In this document: positions 36,490 through 49,820 of the stretch, piece by piece
Layout: each line of letters begins with the position of its first letter
Numbering within the stretch: the stretch's first letter is position 1
NCBI RefSeq assembly: GCF_026210795.1
Contig: NC_089433.1
Coordinates: 3,720,001 to 3,784,000 of the forward strand
Length of the DNA: 64,000 nucleotides
Reading direction: 5' to 3'
Origin: Rhizophagus irregularis
Taxonomy: Eukaryota
Position numbers and translations under genes: made by a program
The notes under the pieces: generated by a model
Database searches by the model: none
What the model was told of the DNA's origin: nothing
What the model saw: the letters and a program-made list of their open reading frames with translations, nothing else

Positions 36490-39400
36490 TAAAGTAAAAG
36501 TTAAGGACATAAGCACAAAATACAAATTTTGGAAAGAGAAATTTATAAATTAATTCACAGTAAATGTATAAATGTTAAACATTTTTCTTGAAAAACTGAA
36601 AAAAACTTGTGAATATCCAAATGCAAGATCTTTTTTTCAAACTTGCATTCACTTGAAATTAATTGAAAGTTCATAACCAATCAAAAATTTTCCAACCTTT
36701 CCAAAATTTGTCAAAATATCTTAAGTTATAGATAAGTTATTGTGATAAAGTTAAAGATAAAAAGACTTTAACTTTATTAAAAATCAAAATAATCTGCAAT
36801 CTTTATTTTTGGATTTATATAATATGAAAGATACTAAAAAATATTATTTTACAACAAACTGTTTTACCTACATTTATTCAGTCATTAAAGATTATAATAA
36901 ATTAAATAGACTGGCAAGAATGGGAAAAATGTTTGAACATTAAAAAATTCCCACACTTTACACATTTCCAAACTGAAAGGAAAATCTGGTTGGAAAAATA
37001 TTAGAGATTGATTCATATCAATCACTTAAGTTTTTAAGATTATACAATCAAAATCAAAAAACTGCCTATTTCATTTAGTGACAAATGGAATTTCTCAATA
37101 GAAAAGGTGAAAAATTCCTAAAAGATTGGAAAAGTAAGAATAGACTTCCAATTAAATTTATACATCATTATTATGATGAAAGGAATTTTTGTTAGACTGT
37201 TGAACATAATAGGTTGGTAAAAGTAGAAGATTACAAAGTATTTTTAATCAAAGTAAAAATTAAGGATTATAAATACAAAATACAAATTTTGGAAGAAATA
37301 CATAAGTTGATTTTCAATAAATGTATAAATGTTCTTGAGAAACTGAAAAAAACTTGTGAATATCAAAATGCAAGATCTTTTTTTTCAAACCTGTATTCAC
37401 ATGATGTAATTATCTACACAAGAGGAACTTATGAAATTCATATGGATCACTTGCATCAAGTATTTGAAACTTTAAGAAGCGCAAACCTACAAATCAACTT
37501 GAAGAAATGTTACTTTTGTTTTCCTAATATTCATTTTCTTGGACATGTAAAAGTTCCCAATCAAAATTTTTCCAACCTTTCCAAAATTTGTCAAAATATC
37601 TTAAGTTATAGATAAGTTATTGTGATAAAGTTAAAGATAAAAAGACTTTAACTTTATTAAAAATCAAAATAATCTGCAGTCTTACAACAAACACTCAAGT
37701 GTGTTTCACCTGTATTTATTCAGTCTTTAAAGATTATAATAAATTAAATAGATATATAGACTGGCAAGAATGGAAAAGTGTTTGAATATTAAAAATTCTC
37801 ACATTTTACATGTCTCCAAACTGCAAGGAAAATTTTTTTGGAAAATATTAGAGATTGATTCATGTCAATCACTTAAATTTTTAAGATTATACAACTGAAA
37901 TCAAAAAAACACTCTTTATTAACAAGGTTAACCATAGATGTTGACCATAAAAACTTAAGTTAATTAATTAAGCATGATGTTCTCAACATCTTGATCTTAT
38001 AAACAAGCAATCTATAATATGAGAGAATAAAATTTTTGTTTCAAATTTATAATATTAAATGAATCTATCACTTACAAATGTTAAAAAGAGCATGAATTTG
38101 ATAATTCAAAAAAGTTTTTCATAAGAAAGAGAAAGACATTTCAACTCAGACTACAACAACAGTTAAAGTATTACCCGCTGGTGATGAATTATTAAGAGTT
38201 ATAAATAATTCTTTGTTCAATAATTATTGGAATATTTCATTTAGTGACAAATGGAATTTCTCAATGGAAGGGGTAAAAAAATTCCTAAAAGATTGGAAAA
38301 GTAAAAATAGACTTCCAATTAAGTTTACACCTTATTATCATAATGAAAGGAATTTTTATTGGACTGTTGAACATGATAGGTTGGTAGAAAGTAGAAGATT
38401 ACAAAGTATTTTTAATCAAAGTAAAAGTTAAGGGTTATAGTACAAAATACAAATTTTGGAAGAAATCTATAAATTGATTTTCAGTAAATGTATAAACGTT
38501 AAACATTTTTCTTGAGAAACTGAAAAAAACTTGTGAATATCCAAATGTGAGATCTTTTTTTTCAACCTGTATTTGCTTGAAATTAATTGGAAGTTCATAA
38601 CCAATCAAAATTAATCAAAATTTTTCCAACCTTTCCTGTGACCGCAAAGCAAAAATAATAAATGGATGCTTCATGAAAAGAACCTGAAGTGGTGGTGAAA
38701 AGGAGAGGGCAGTAGAAAAATATCTTTAAATTAGAGATAAGTTATTGTGGTAAAGTTAAAGATAAAAAGACTTTAACTTTATTAAAAATCAAAATAATCT
38801 ACAGTCTTACAACAAAAACTCAAGTGTGTTTCACCTATAATTATTCAGTCATTAAAGATTATAATAAATTAAATAGATATATAGACTGACAAGAATGGGA
38901 AAATGTTTGAACATTAAAAAATTCTCTCATCTTACACATCTTCAAATTGAAAGGAAAATCTGTTTGGAAAATATTAGAGATTTATTCACATCAATCACTT
39001 AAGTTTTTAAGATTATACAACCGAAATCAAAAACTGCCCTCTATTAATGAAGTTAACTATAGATGTTGACCATAAAAACTTAAGTGAATTAATTAAGCAT
39101 GATGTTCTCAACATCTTGATCTTATTGATCTTATAAACAAGCAATCTATAATATGAGAGAATAAAATTTTTGTTTCAAATCTTCATAACTGTTAATGTTA
39201 AGTGAATCTATCACTTACAAATGTTTAAAAGAACGTGAGAGTTATCATGAATTTGATAATTCAAAAATTTTTTCAAAAGAAAAAGAAAGACTTTTCAACT
39301 CAGACCAAATTGTAAACAATTTGAGGTAATATATTTTACAACAACAGTTAAAGTATTACCCACTGGAAATGAATTATTAAGAGTTATAAATAATTCTCTG

Positions 39401-39640
39401 TTCAATAATTTGTAAAATATTTCATTTAGTGACATTCTCTGTTCAATAATTTGTGAAATATTTCATTTAGTGATAAATGGAATTTCTCAATAGAAGGGGT
39501 GAAAAATTCCTAAAAGATTGGAAGAGTAAAAATAGACTTCCAATTAAGTTTATACATCATTATCATGATGAAAGGAATTTTTATTAGACTGTTAAACATG
39601 ATAGGTTGGTAGAAAGTAGAAGATTACAAAGTATTTTAAA
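36490..39640 (+). repeat. About three tandem degenerate copies (0.75-1.2 kb) of an LRR/F-box-like gene 3' fragment
   Basis: Units at ~36490, ~37250 and ~38420 share AAAGTAAAAGTTAAGG..CAAATTTTGGAA, GATAAGTTATTGTG.TAAAGTTAAAG and ..TTTAGTGACAAATGGAATTTCTC... They encode remnants such as DKWNFSMEGVKKFLKDWKSKNRLPIKF..WTVEHDRLVE. The family assignment is from recalled similarity only. Confidence 0.7.
37401..37549 (+). mobile_element. Ty3/Gypsy reverse transcriptase fragment
   Basis: DVIIYTRGTYEIHMDHLHQVFETLRSANLQINLKKCYFCFPNIHFLGHV matches the post-YxDD region of Gypsy RT (H..HL..VF..L...L.LN.KKC.F....FLGH). Absent from the sister repeat units. Confidence 0.75.
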
Positions 39641-40816
39641 TAACAAATTAGAACGTATTAAAAATTTTTTTTTATCTTTTTATAATTAAAACATTATTGA
39701 AATAATTCTATAGTTTAAAAAAATTTTTCGAAAAATGATCACGTGTCTGAGTTTCTTCGAGAGCTATAAAATTAATTCCATTATTATATAGCGATGCAAT
39801 CAAGTATAATAGAAATTTAAACTTAATCTAATTCAAGATGTTACTAAAATAATATGGTTACAGTACGATTTCCTGAATGCTATTTTCCTGAATATACCTT
39901 TTTCCAAATCAATTATGGCGAGTCGTACTTGAATAAAAACTAGAAAAATGATCATTTATCGGAGCTTTTTCCAGAAATTTTTTATATAGGAAATAATACG
40001 TTAAATACTTTAACACTTACAAATTTATTTAATAAAGTAAACTTCTTTTTCAATACAAATAATAAAATAAACAATTTTTTTAAATCAAAATAACAAATGA
40101 ACAATTCGTTTCTTCGTATTAATCAATTTTTAAACTTATAACTGAAAGAAATTAATTTAATTCAAGTACTTTGAACTTTAAATTGATTGTAAATTAGCAA
40201 GATTTTTATGTTCGTAAAGTCACTAGAAATCCGTAATAAACCAATGTTGAATTATTTGAGAATTAATTAATGAGAATAACGAACCCGTGAAATCAGAATA
40301 ATAGATCCAAGTTGAAACCTATTATTACTCACAAATTATAACCATGAGTTAGAAATATTAAAATATTGAAATTATACACCATGAACTAAGTCTCCTGGAA
40401 TTTTCGTCTTGATGAAATTATTAATGGCTGGACGAAATCAAAACAAGTGTTGGTTTGCAATAATGTAGAATAAAATCTGTACTATTTAACATTAAAAAAG
40501 AAAACTTTAAGTGGGTATCAGAACGCAGGGTTAGGACTTAGAAGAGGAATTAGGTTATAATTGCAGATCTAAATCATGAGCATAAAAAGCAATTACTTTT
40601 TATTTTAAATCAATACACTACGACAAAAGTTCAAATATCATTGTCGTATTTATGTTTATTAATTATTTTAATTAAATAAATATTGTTATATTGATGATTT
40701 GATGTACAATTATATAATTTATGGCTAGACATATAAGTATAAATTTCGTTTCACAATGCAAGGTACGTTATAAATAAAGTTTTTTTAAATTTTTTTTTTT
40801 TTTAATATGCAAAATA

Positions 40817-42325
40817 ATGTCTACCGAATTATTTTCTAAATTATTAAGTCAAAATTATATTGAATTATTAGAAGATAATGAATATTATGATGTTACAATT
40901 GAAGTTGGTAAAGATCCTAACGTAAACATTTTTCGTGCTCATATGAATATTTTATGTTATCGTTCTCCATATTTACGAAGAACTTTGACTTCTAATAAAA
41001 AGAATGATAATGGTGTTTTATCGCATATTAAATTACCAAATATATCACCTGAAATTTTTAAAATTATTTTAAGGTAAACTTTTTGTTTATTTTTACAATC
41101 GAACTTAATTAAATAAATTACTTAAATTCTAATAATATTTCAATATAGGTATATTTATGGCGGTATTATTTCATTGAATAGACAAGAACCTTCAGATATT
41201 TTAAATACATTGGTAGCTGCAGATGAGCTTCACCTTAAAGAACTAGTTAATTATTTACAAAATTATTTAATTGAAAATAATTCTGAATGGTTAGAACAAC
41301 ATTTTGAGCTTACTCATCGAACGAGTTTCCAATCCAATTCTTTATCAGAACTTCAAAACTTTTGCACAAATTTAATGGCCGAATCCCCTGATAAAATATT
41401 TAAATCGATTGATTTTACTTCTCTCCCCGAAAAATCTTTAATATCGCTTATTAAGAGGGATGATTTACATATGAGAGAGGTTGAAGTTTGGGAACATGTA
41501 TTAAAATGGGGTCTTGCACAAAATCCGACTCTTGTTTCAGATCCCAAAGCTTGGTCCGATGATGATTTCAAATCAATGAAAAATACTCTACAAAATAGTT
41601 TGCCCTTAATTAGGTTTTTTAGTTTATCATCTAAAGAATTATCACAGAAAGTTCGACCATATCAAAAACTCTTAAATCAACAACTTTATGAAGACTTAGT
41701 AGATTCTTATATGGACCCTGACAGTGTATCAACCGATAATATTTTACTTCCCAGAAATATTGAAATTATTGATTCAAAAATAGTTAATTTAAGTATTATT
41801 TTATTTATTTCAGGTTATATTAGTAAAGTAGAAATTAGCAAATTTTCTCATTTTAGAGAATTATATTTACTATATATACCATATAAATTCAAATTATTAT
41901 TAAGAGGAAGTCGAGATGGATTTACTCCTAGAAAATTTCATGAATCATGTGATAATGTATCTAATACTCTTACATTTATCAAAGTAAAAGGAACAGAAGA
42001 AATTGTTGGTGGATACAACCCTTTAAGATGGGAATCTAGTAGTAGTTGGGGTAAAACTAATGATAGTTTTATTTTTTCTTTAAAAAATAATGATATTAAT
42101 AATGCAATAATTAGTGATATAGAAAATTCAACTTATGCATTAAATTATTATTCTCGAAATGGTCCAAGATTTGGCAATGATATTAATATAGAGAATCCTA
42201 ATAGTCAAAATGAAAATTATAATAGAATTTTTTGTAAAAAGCATCATTATAAAAAAAAGATAAGAGATTCTGAGGAAGATTTTTCTATAGAAGATTACGA
42301 AGTATTTCAAATCATAAAGTGCTAA
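40817..42325 (+). CDS. BTB/POZ-BACK-TLDc protein (copy 6)
   Basis: Exons 40817-41073 and 41149-42325, GT-AG intron. Motifs intact. Confidence 0.92.
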
Positions 42326-42865
42326 TTTGAGATAAAAAATGATTCCAACGTATTTTAGAATTTTTTTTTTGTTTTTTTTACAATTAAAACGTTGAAATTT
42401 CTATAGTTCAACAATTTGTAATACACATATATTATTTTAACACTTATTAATCCATTTTTTATGAAAGGTTTAACATGAAATTTTAATTATATAGCGAGGT
42501 GAACCTCATTTTTTTTTTAAAAAAAAATGACAATGAAAATTACAAATATAATAAAGATACAATAAATAAAAGTTTTTTTTTTTACATCTAACAACGAACG
42601 AATAAATAATTACTTTTTTTTTAAAGAATTATGACTAACACAAAATAAATACAATAAATAAATAAATAAAAGAGATTTTTTACAAAAAAATAAAATAAAA
42701 TAAAATAAAAGAGGAAATCAAATCATCAAATTACAAAGTTTTTATACATTAACCTTTACCAACCTAATATAAACCCATGTAACAAAAAATGCCCAAATTT
42801 TTTTCTTAATAATAAAAAAAAAATTACAATAGTCTTTTCTCATAATATTAATTATTATTTTTTAC

Positions 42866-45800
42866 TTATCGACCATTTCCAAAATCTTGACTCGTTCGAT
42901 CATTATTAAAAATTCTTTCATAACCACTATAATTCATACTTCCATTTTTATTTGCATCCTCATGTCCATTACTATTATTATTATTCGTTTCATAAGAAGT
43001 ACTACCACCACCACCACTTCTATTATAAATAGTAGACGGACCAGCAACACCAATTTCATTTTCATCAATATATACTCCATTATATAAACTACTTCTTCTT
43101 TCTAGTAATTGATAATTAGTTTTAGTAACATTTTGTTTTTCTCCACCAACATTATTTACATCATCAGTAACTCCGTTATTAGGTGTAACACTTCTTGGAT
43201 TATGCTGTTGATATTCAGTACCTGTATTTAACCACCAAGAAGGTGGTCTGATCGTAGCAGGTGATATTTCTTCCAAATGTGGTGATAAAACATATTCTAC
43301 ACTTCTAATTTCAGTAGCACCATTATTGACAAAAACTTCACGATCATTTCCATTCCTATTATTAATCCCACCTGCATTATTTAAGTTTGTATATTCTACA
43401 ACAAAATTTTCAAGTCGATTTCTACGACGTTTTTGATAATATAAAAACAAATGATAAGAACGACCACATAATATACATATCCATAATAAAGAAGCTGATA
43501 TTAAGTTCAAGAAAGGAATTATTTCATAATTAACCGAAAGAAATATATATAATATCTAGACGTATAAATAATAATTAAAAAAGGTTAATTTGAAAAGAAA
43601 CAATTTCATTTTATAATCAAGTCATTAAAGATCTACTACTTACTTGAATGACTAATTGAGGAGTATCTTCAATAATGAAATTCCAGATACATGTTATCAA
43701 TATCCAAGTTTCTGTAGAAGAATGAATTGGAGCATCAAAGGCAGCCAAATCAGCTAATTTGGAATTTATCATGGTTAACGATTCTACATCAACGATCGAA
43801 CAAAAGGTGAATATGGCTGCGACGTTATGATAAGTTCTAAACCACGTATAAAATGCTTTATTATTTGATAATTCTCTTATCAATATAAAGAATGTTATTA
43901 TCGTATTAAAGCCCAATGGAATAATAAAAGCAAGCAAACTAAGCAGGTGCGGAGAGAATTTGGATTAGAACGTATGTTTTATAAGAGAATCAAAAGTAAA
44001 TCTCTAGGAAAAAATAGTTTAGTTACCTTGGAAAATATAAAATATAAACATCTCTAGAGTGTTTTACAACGAAAGCAAAATCCAACACAAAATCCAAAGC
44101 AATCAGCAATACTTTGAATGAAACAAAACTATTTCCCTAAATAGATAAAATAACGTTAATCAATGATATATTCATTTTACAAGAAATAATTATTATGTTA
44201 ATTACTTACATCGTCATCTTTCTTATAAGAAAGCATAGCTAAAACACCAAGTAATAATAAAGTTGCGCCAATCGCGAATAAACTGAATCCATATCTATCC
44301 CATACACTCTCTAAAAAATTATATATAAATAAAATTTCAAAAAAAAAAAAAAAAAAAAATTCACGAGATTATGATACATACTTTTAAGTACAAAACCATA
44401 ATTACTATCTAACATGGCAGTATGTATTGAATGAGAGATAGGAGAAATATCTTTATATTTAATCATATTATCTAAAGAATTAATAATATTTTCGGCGCTC
44501 AGATCTTGTTCATTTTTTCCCGGTAATATTTTAAATTTCAATAATATTTGCTTTGAATCGACATCAGGATCCCATTGAAAACGAGTATTAGTATACAGTC
44601 TACTTGGAGGTACCGGTACACATTGAGCCAATTCGGATAATAATGATTGTACAAATTTTGATTTTTGTGTATCACTCAAATCCTTAAAATTAAATGATGC
44701 ATCACCCATTAAACGAACCAATGCATGTTCTTGCGCTGTGGTATAAACGAAAGGAGTAGAATAATTTTTTAGTAAAAATGATTCAATCATTGCTAATAAT
44801 CAAAACTACCAATCATAATAAAACTTACAATTATGACGTTGCGGTACACTCTCTTAAAAGAATATATGTTATTAACAGATTAATAACTTGAAATAAAATA
44901 ACTTAATTACACTTTTCTTGTTAAATACTCACCAGTTGAAAATATCCATAAATTAGGAGAAATACCCAATAACGGTTCTTCAAAACTCAAATCTTTAACA
45001 GCATTGTCATCAATAACAACAGTATAATTTTTTCCAGGATTATTAAACGTACTATTTAACGCACTTAATGTAAGTGTTTTTTTATCTTGTGATAATAGTG
45101 CAAATGGAGTATTTGCAGAATAACTTTGTTTTAATATTAATTGTCCCGTGCCTATATCATATTGATATATTGATATATTACCCACTGATGTTACTACTGG
45201 CTTATAATAAGTAATGCTAAATAACGTTGTTCCTAAATTTATTGTTTCACCGATTTCTGGCAATGTTGTGTTAACATTTAAATTATTATACCCTTTATCA
45301 AATGGCATTGCTAATCTTTGAATATTAGTAGTCATCATGGACCAACCCGAATTATTATCTTCTATTAAGGATTTTGAATTGGTTTCATTGACTTCGTTAT
45401 AACCACCATCAGAAAACATCCAGAAAGTGTTATTCGGGAAAGTACCCTGTGGAACGATAAGATTACCAACTATTCTAGGGCAATCCCATTCCCTAAAAAG
45501 ATTTCCTTTACTATAATAAATAATACCGGTTGACGTTATTGGTAAAGTATCCTTAAGTCTAACGCTAGCAACGTAACCACCATTATATAATGAATAAATA
45601 CGATCAACCGAATAAGCATTAGTATCAATCTCCAATTTGGTTGGTTCTTTTGTACTTCCATTTGATAAAAATCCAATTTTAACATAATTAATAACATCGG
45701 CATTAGGTTGTATGCTAATTATACACATTAATCCAGGTGAATCATACATATTATCACATAATTCTATATTCATATCAATAGCCAGTGCAACTCTTGAATA

Positions 45801-47430
45801 AATCAATGATGGTTGTGTTATTTCTCCCGTATATGGTCTTATAAATATTACATTAACTATCCATGATGGAACCACTAATAATTCCGGTGGTATCTTTGGT
45901 TGTGATTCTGTTACATTTGGATTTTTTCCCACTGTAATAAATCCATATCCTCCATCCAAAGTTGGAAATATTTCGAATTTATGTCCTTCCGGTATATTGG
46001 TCATCTTCGTGTTTCCCTTAACATTTACATTTCCATCTTTATCTCTATTAAAATATTAAAATAATTATGAGATTATATTATAAGCGTAAGATATGCTTAA
46101 AAAAAAAAAAAAAATACACACGGAGAAGTAAGGTTCGTCCATTGTAGAGTGTCCTTTTTGATACGATTAACCCACATAAATCCATTTTGCGGATTAGTAT
46201 TTACTACCGCTTTACCTAATTCCGATATATCCGTTTGTGTTATTCCTACAAAGGACAATATCAATTGACTATAAAAAATATTATAATAATTAAATTAGCA
46301 ATATGTTTGATATATTCATTCTTCAAACAAAATTTTTTTTTTTACCTGTGAACTTGACCTTTCCAATCAACGATTAAACCATTTTCTTGATATAATTCAC
46401 CATCTGTCTTTTGTAAGTAACTGACCAAAAAGAATCCTTCGTTTAATCCATTATCAAGATCCTTGTTAAGTGGGAATATTCTAATTAAATCTTTTCCTCC
46501 ATAAATACAAAAATTATAATCAGGAATTTCAAAGGTGAAATTGATATAATTTACTGTAACATTATCATAAACTAATCTCAGATATAAAATTGGATCATAA
46601 CACGAGTTATTATTGGGTCTATTTCTTGATAATCTCAAAATTATTGGCCCATCAGGATAACTCATTGCACTATGTACGTGTAAGTCCGGATAATCATTAT
46701 GATGCATTATTAGATAATTATCCATTGATGGTATCGATGGTGATGTTGGTGATGAATTCGTTGGATTTGGATTCGGGGCTGGAGCTGAAGGATCTGAAGC
46801 TGGTGGAGGTGGAGGTGGAGGTGGAGCTGGAGCTGAAGGATCTGAAGCTGGTGGATGTGGAGCTGGAGCCGATGGATCTGAAGCTGGTGGAGCTGGAGCT
46901 GGTGATTCTGAATCCGGTGGTGCTGGATTTTGTTGATCAGGAGTTTTCGTCTTAGCACCATTATTTGGATCATTCGGATTATCCTTTGGTTTACTTAGAC
47001 CATCATCGTTATTTGGATCATCTGGAACCTTTGAATTCTTTGGATGCTTAGGGTTATTATGATTCTTTGGATGTTTTTGATTCTTGGGATTTTTATGCGT
47101 CTTTGGATGTTTTTGATTATCATTATTTTTCGTATTATCAGCATTATTATTCTTTTCTTTTACATTTCCTTTTCCATCTTCATGATTTTGATGTATTGGT
47201 TGTTTATGATTTATAGTTATAGTAACGGCTCTAGGTTTTATCGAATGTAATATAGGAGATAAAGGATTTTCAAATATTGAAGAGGGATTATTTGAAACAA
47301 TTTTACTATTAATTGAATTAGCTATTGATATTGTAAATAAAAAATTTAGTAAAATTAAAAATATTAGAAAACGCAATTTTTTTATTGACGATGATGCTAT
47401 TTTATTAAATGGCAACATCGATAATATCAT
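42866..47430 (-). CDS. Large cell-surface multipass membrane protein (~1316 aa): signal peptide, Pro-rich stalk, beta-rich/Ig-like ectodomain, about 6-7 TM helices, low-complexity tail
   Basis: Eight exons splice in frame with GT-AG: 47430-46346, 46268-46122, 46044-44933, 44792-44382, 44310-44210, 44136-44027, 43938-43644, 43555-42866 (3951 nt). Hydrophobic N-terminus, (PAPPASDPSAPA) repeats, Ig-like segment (ITYYKPV..GNISIYQ..YTVVIDDNAVKD), TM region with IEDTPQLVIQ. Confidence 0.85.
46775..46925 (-). repeat. Coding tandem repeat (PAPPASDPSAPAP) x3
   Basis: GGATCTGAAGCTGGTGGA repeated three times on the + strand. Confidence 0.85.
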
Positions 47431-49820
47431 TTGCTAATTCGTTTTAATAATTACAAAGGTTGTAGTAATATAAAAATATATATATATTTATATTATAAAT
47501 AATAATAAATTAATAACGAAAAAGTATGAGAGAACAAAATAATTAATTACTTTTTTATTTTTTGTTTCAAAAAAAAAAAAAAAAATTAAAAAATTTAAAA
47601 ATAATATAGGATAATCCTTTTTTTTAAAAAAAAATTATTCAATAAAAATAGAAATAAATAAATGGCAATCTTATGACGTAAATAAAAAAAAAGGGACATT
47701 GAAACATTGAAAGGTTCCTAACATAGAACAGTTTTAGGAGAAAAAAAAAAAAATCAAAAACATGGGAGGTTAAAAAAAAAAAAATTTTTTTTTTGTTTGT
47801 TTTTATTTTTATATATTCAAAACTTAGTCAATCAATTCCCAACATTCTTTGCATATTTTATGTCGTGCTACAAACCTTATTTGAATATTTTGTAATTCAC
47901 GAGTTTTTTGAAATTGGTCGTACATTTTGTTTAAGTATAACCTTTTTAGGTAAAAATTTGGGAAATTCGATTTTTCTTTTTTTTGATTTTTTCATTTATA
48001 TATTGTTGCACGTAGGAGTTTCAAATTTATTGTTTACGTGATACTAGGAGTATTAAAAAAACTATCCTAATATTACGGAACATATTTTTTTTATGCTTAT
48101 TATCTATTTATGGAAATCAGGTAATTAAAAACTAATTATAAGGCAATAACCCCCAATTAACAGGAATTTTTTTTAAAAAAAATTTTTTGATCAGTAATTT
48201 AAAAGGAAATAAAAAGAAGGGTTAACAGGTAAAGATTTACGATGACGTATTTTGGCGTAATGAGTTTTGCCGCAGTAAAATTCTTTTTTAATACAAAGAT
48301 CAGCAAACTTTTATTAAAAAAAAGCAAGTTACAAAAAATGCATTATTTTAATTAAAAAATATCCGTTTTAGGTAAAATAATGAATTAATACAATTTTTTT
48401 CGAGAACATTTTAATCAATGATCTTATTTTTAACAATATCATATAAAAATAATTGGTATATTGTTAATAATTATGAAACAGAAGGTTACTCGAAGTTAAT
48501 TATGTAATAAAAATCACAATTTTAAGATCGAAATAATTGTAATACATATCAATGTTTCAAGTTTTACGATCTTAAGTCGTACGCATAATTTCATCATTAT
48601 TTCACTTAATTTGTTACACACAAATTTGTATGAAACCATAAAATTATTTTTCTTTATTGAAAAAATTTAGTAAGAGAAATACCCAAATCTTTCAAATCTT
48701 TGATATCAAATATTTCTTATAGCTTTAATATTAATTTTTTTATATTTTGCATGAACTGTACGACCAATTGGATCGTACGGGTTGTATTAGGCGGTATATA
48801 TCATAATTTTAAGAATAAACAATGTAAAAAATATCTGCATTTGTCAGCAAAATCTAGACTTTTCCAGAAATCGTTGAACGGGAACCCGTTCAAATTGCTG
48901 ACAATCATTACCTAAATGAATAAACAACACGTGAATTTAACGCTATAATTAAATATTTAAATAAATTCGACAAATAAAATATAAATTTAACGATAATATT
49001 TCACATTGTAGCATTGTAGTATTATTCAATGTATTGTTACACAAAAATGTTTTAACCGTTTATTAATACGTAATAGTAAATTATAATATTTCATATTTCA
49101 AAAACGGTTGTTAGTTTACTTAGTTATTCAATAATGGTAATCTGTTTTCAAATTCGCAAAAAGTTTTTTCTTTGTTTATTATATTTTATTTGAAAAAGAA
49201 AAATCGAACTTCTTGTAAACATGGTGTTGACCTTTATGCAAGCAGTTAAAATTATAACGAAATTAAATAATATCTTCATAACTTTGACTCGAATTACAAT
49301 ACGGAGAACAATTATTACAAAATGCGTGATCATCGAGTCAGGCGCCAGCTTAGCATTATATGCAGCCCAATTATAATTCAAAAAAAAAGAATGCATAATT
49401 TAAATTATGAATTCTTTTCAAAGTTTATTATGATCGAGAATGTCTAAAATAATTTAAAAAAGATTTACTATATCATAATTCATGGAAAAATTTTTATTTA
49501 AAAAAAATAAACCCATTTCAGAAATAATTAAATTTATGGCACTCATATTTATCGCACGCGCCCTATAGGATTATTTAACCAATATTTTCATCAATAGCTA
49601 ATCATCATACAATATTAAATCAATCATCAAAAGTTTTATTGCGTACATGATAAATATTACAGTTAATTCCAGGTGTCCACAATTATCAAATCAACTTAAT
49701 TACTAGTATTCTAATTCTGGTAATAAGAATATAAAAAAATTTTTTCATGATCTGCGTTATATTGGTAACGCCACGAAGTGATCGTTAACCACTATGTAAA
49801 TACCCTCATGCAATATCTAA

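Noticed and set aside
46590..47250. Alternative-frame ORFs with (Q/L/H) or (V/E/L) repeats
   Set aside because: By-products of the Pro-rich and KHPKN coding repeats of the membrane protein.
47793..49396. Short ORFs of 60-82 aa in intergenic DNA
   Set aside because: Low-complexity F/I/L/K-rich translations typical of AT-rich non-coding sequence.
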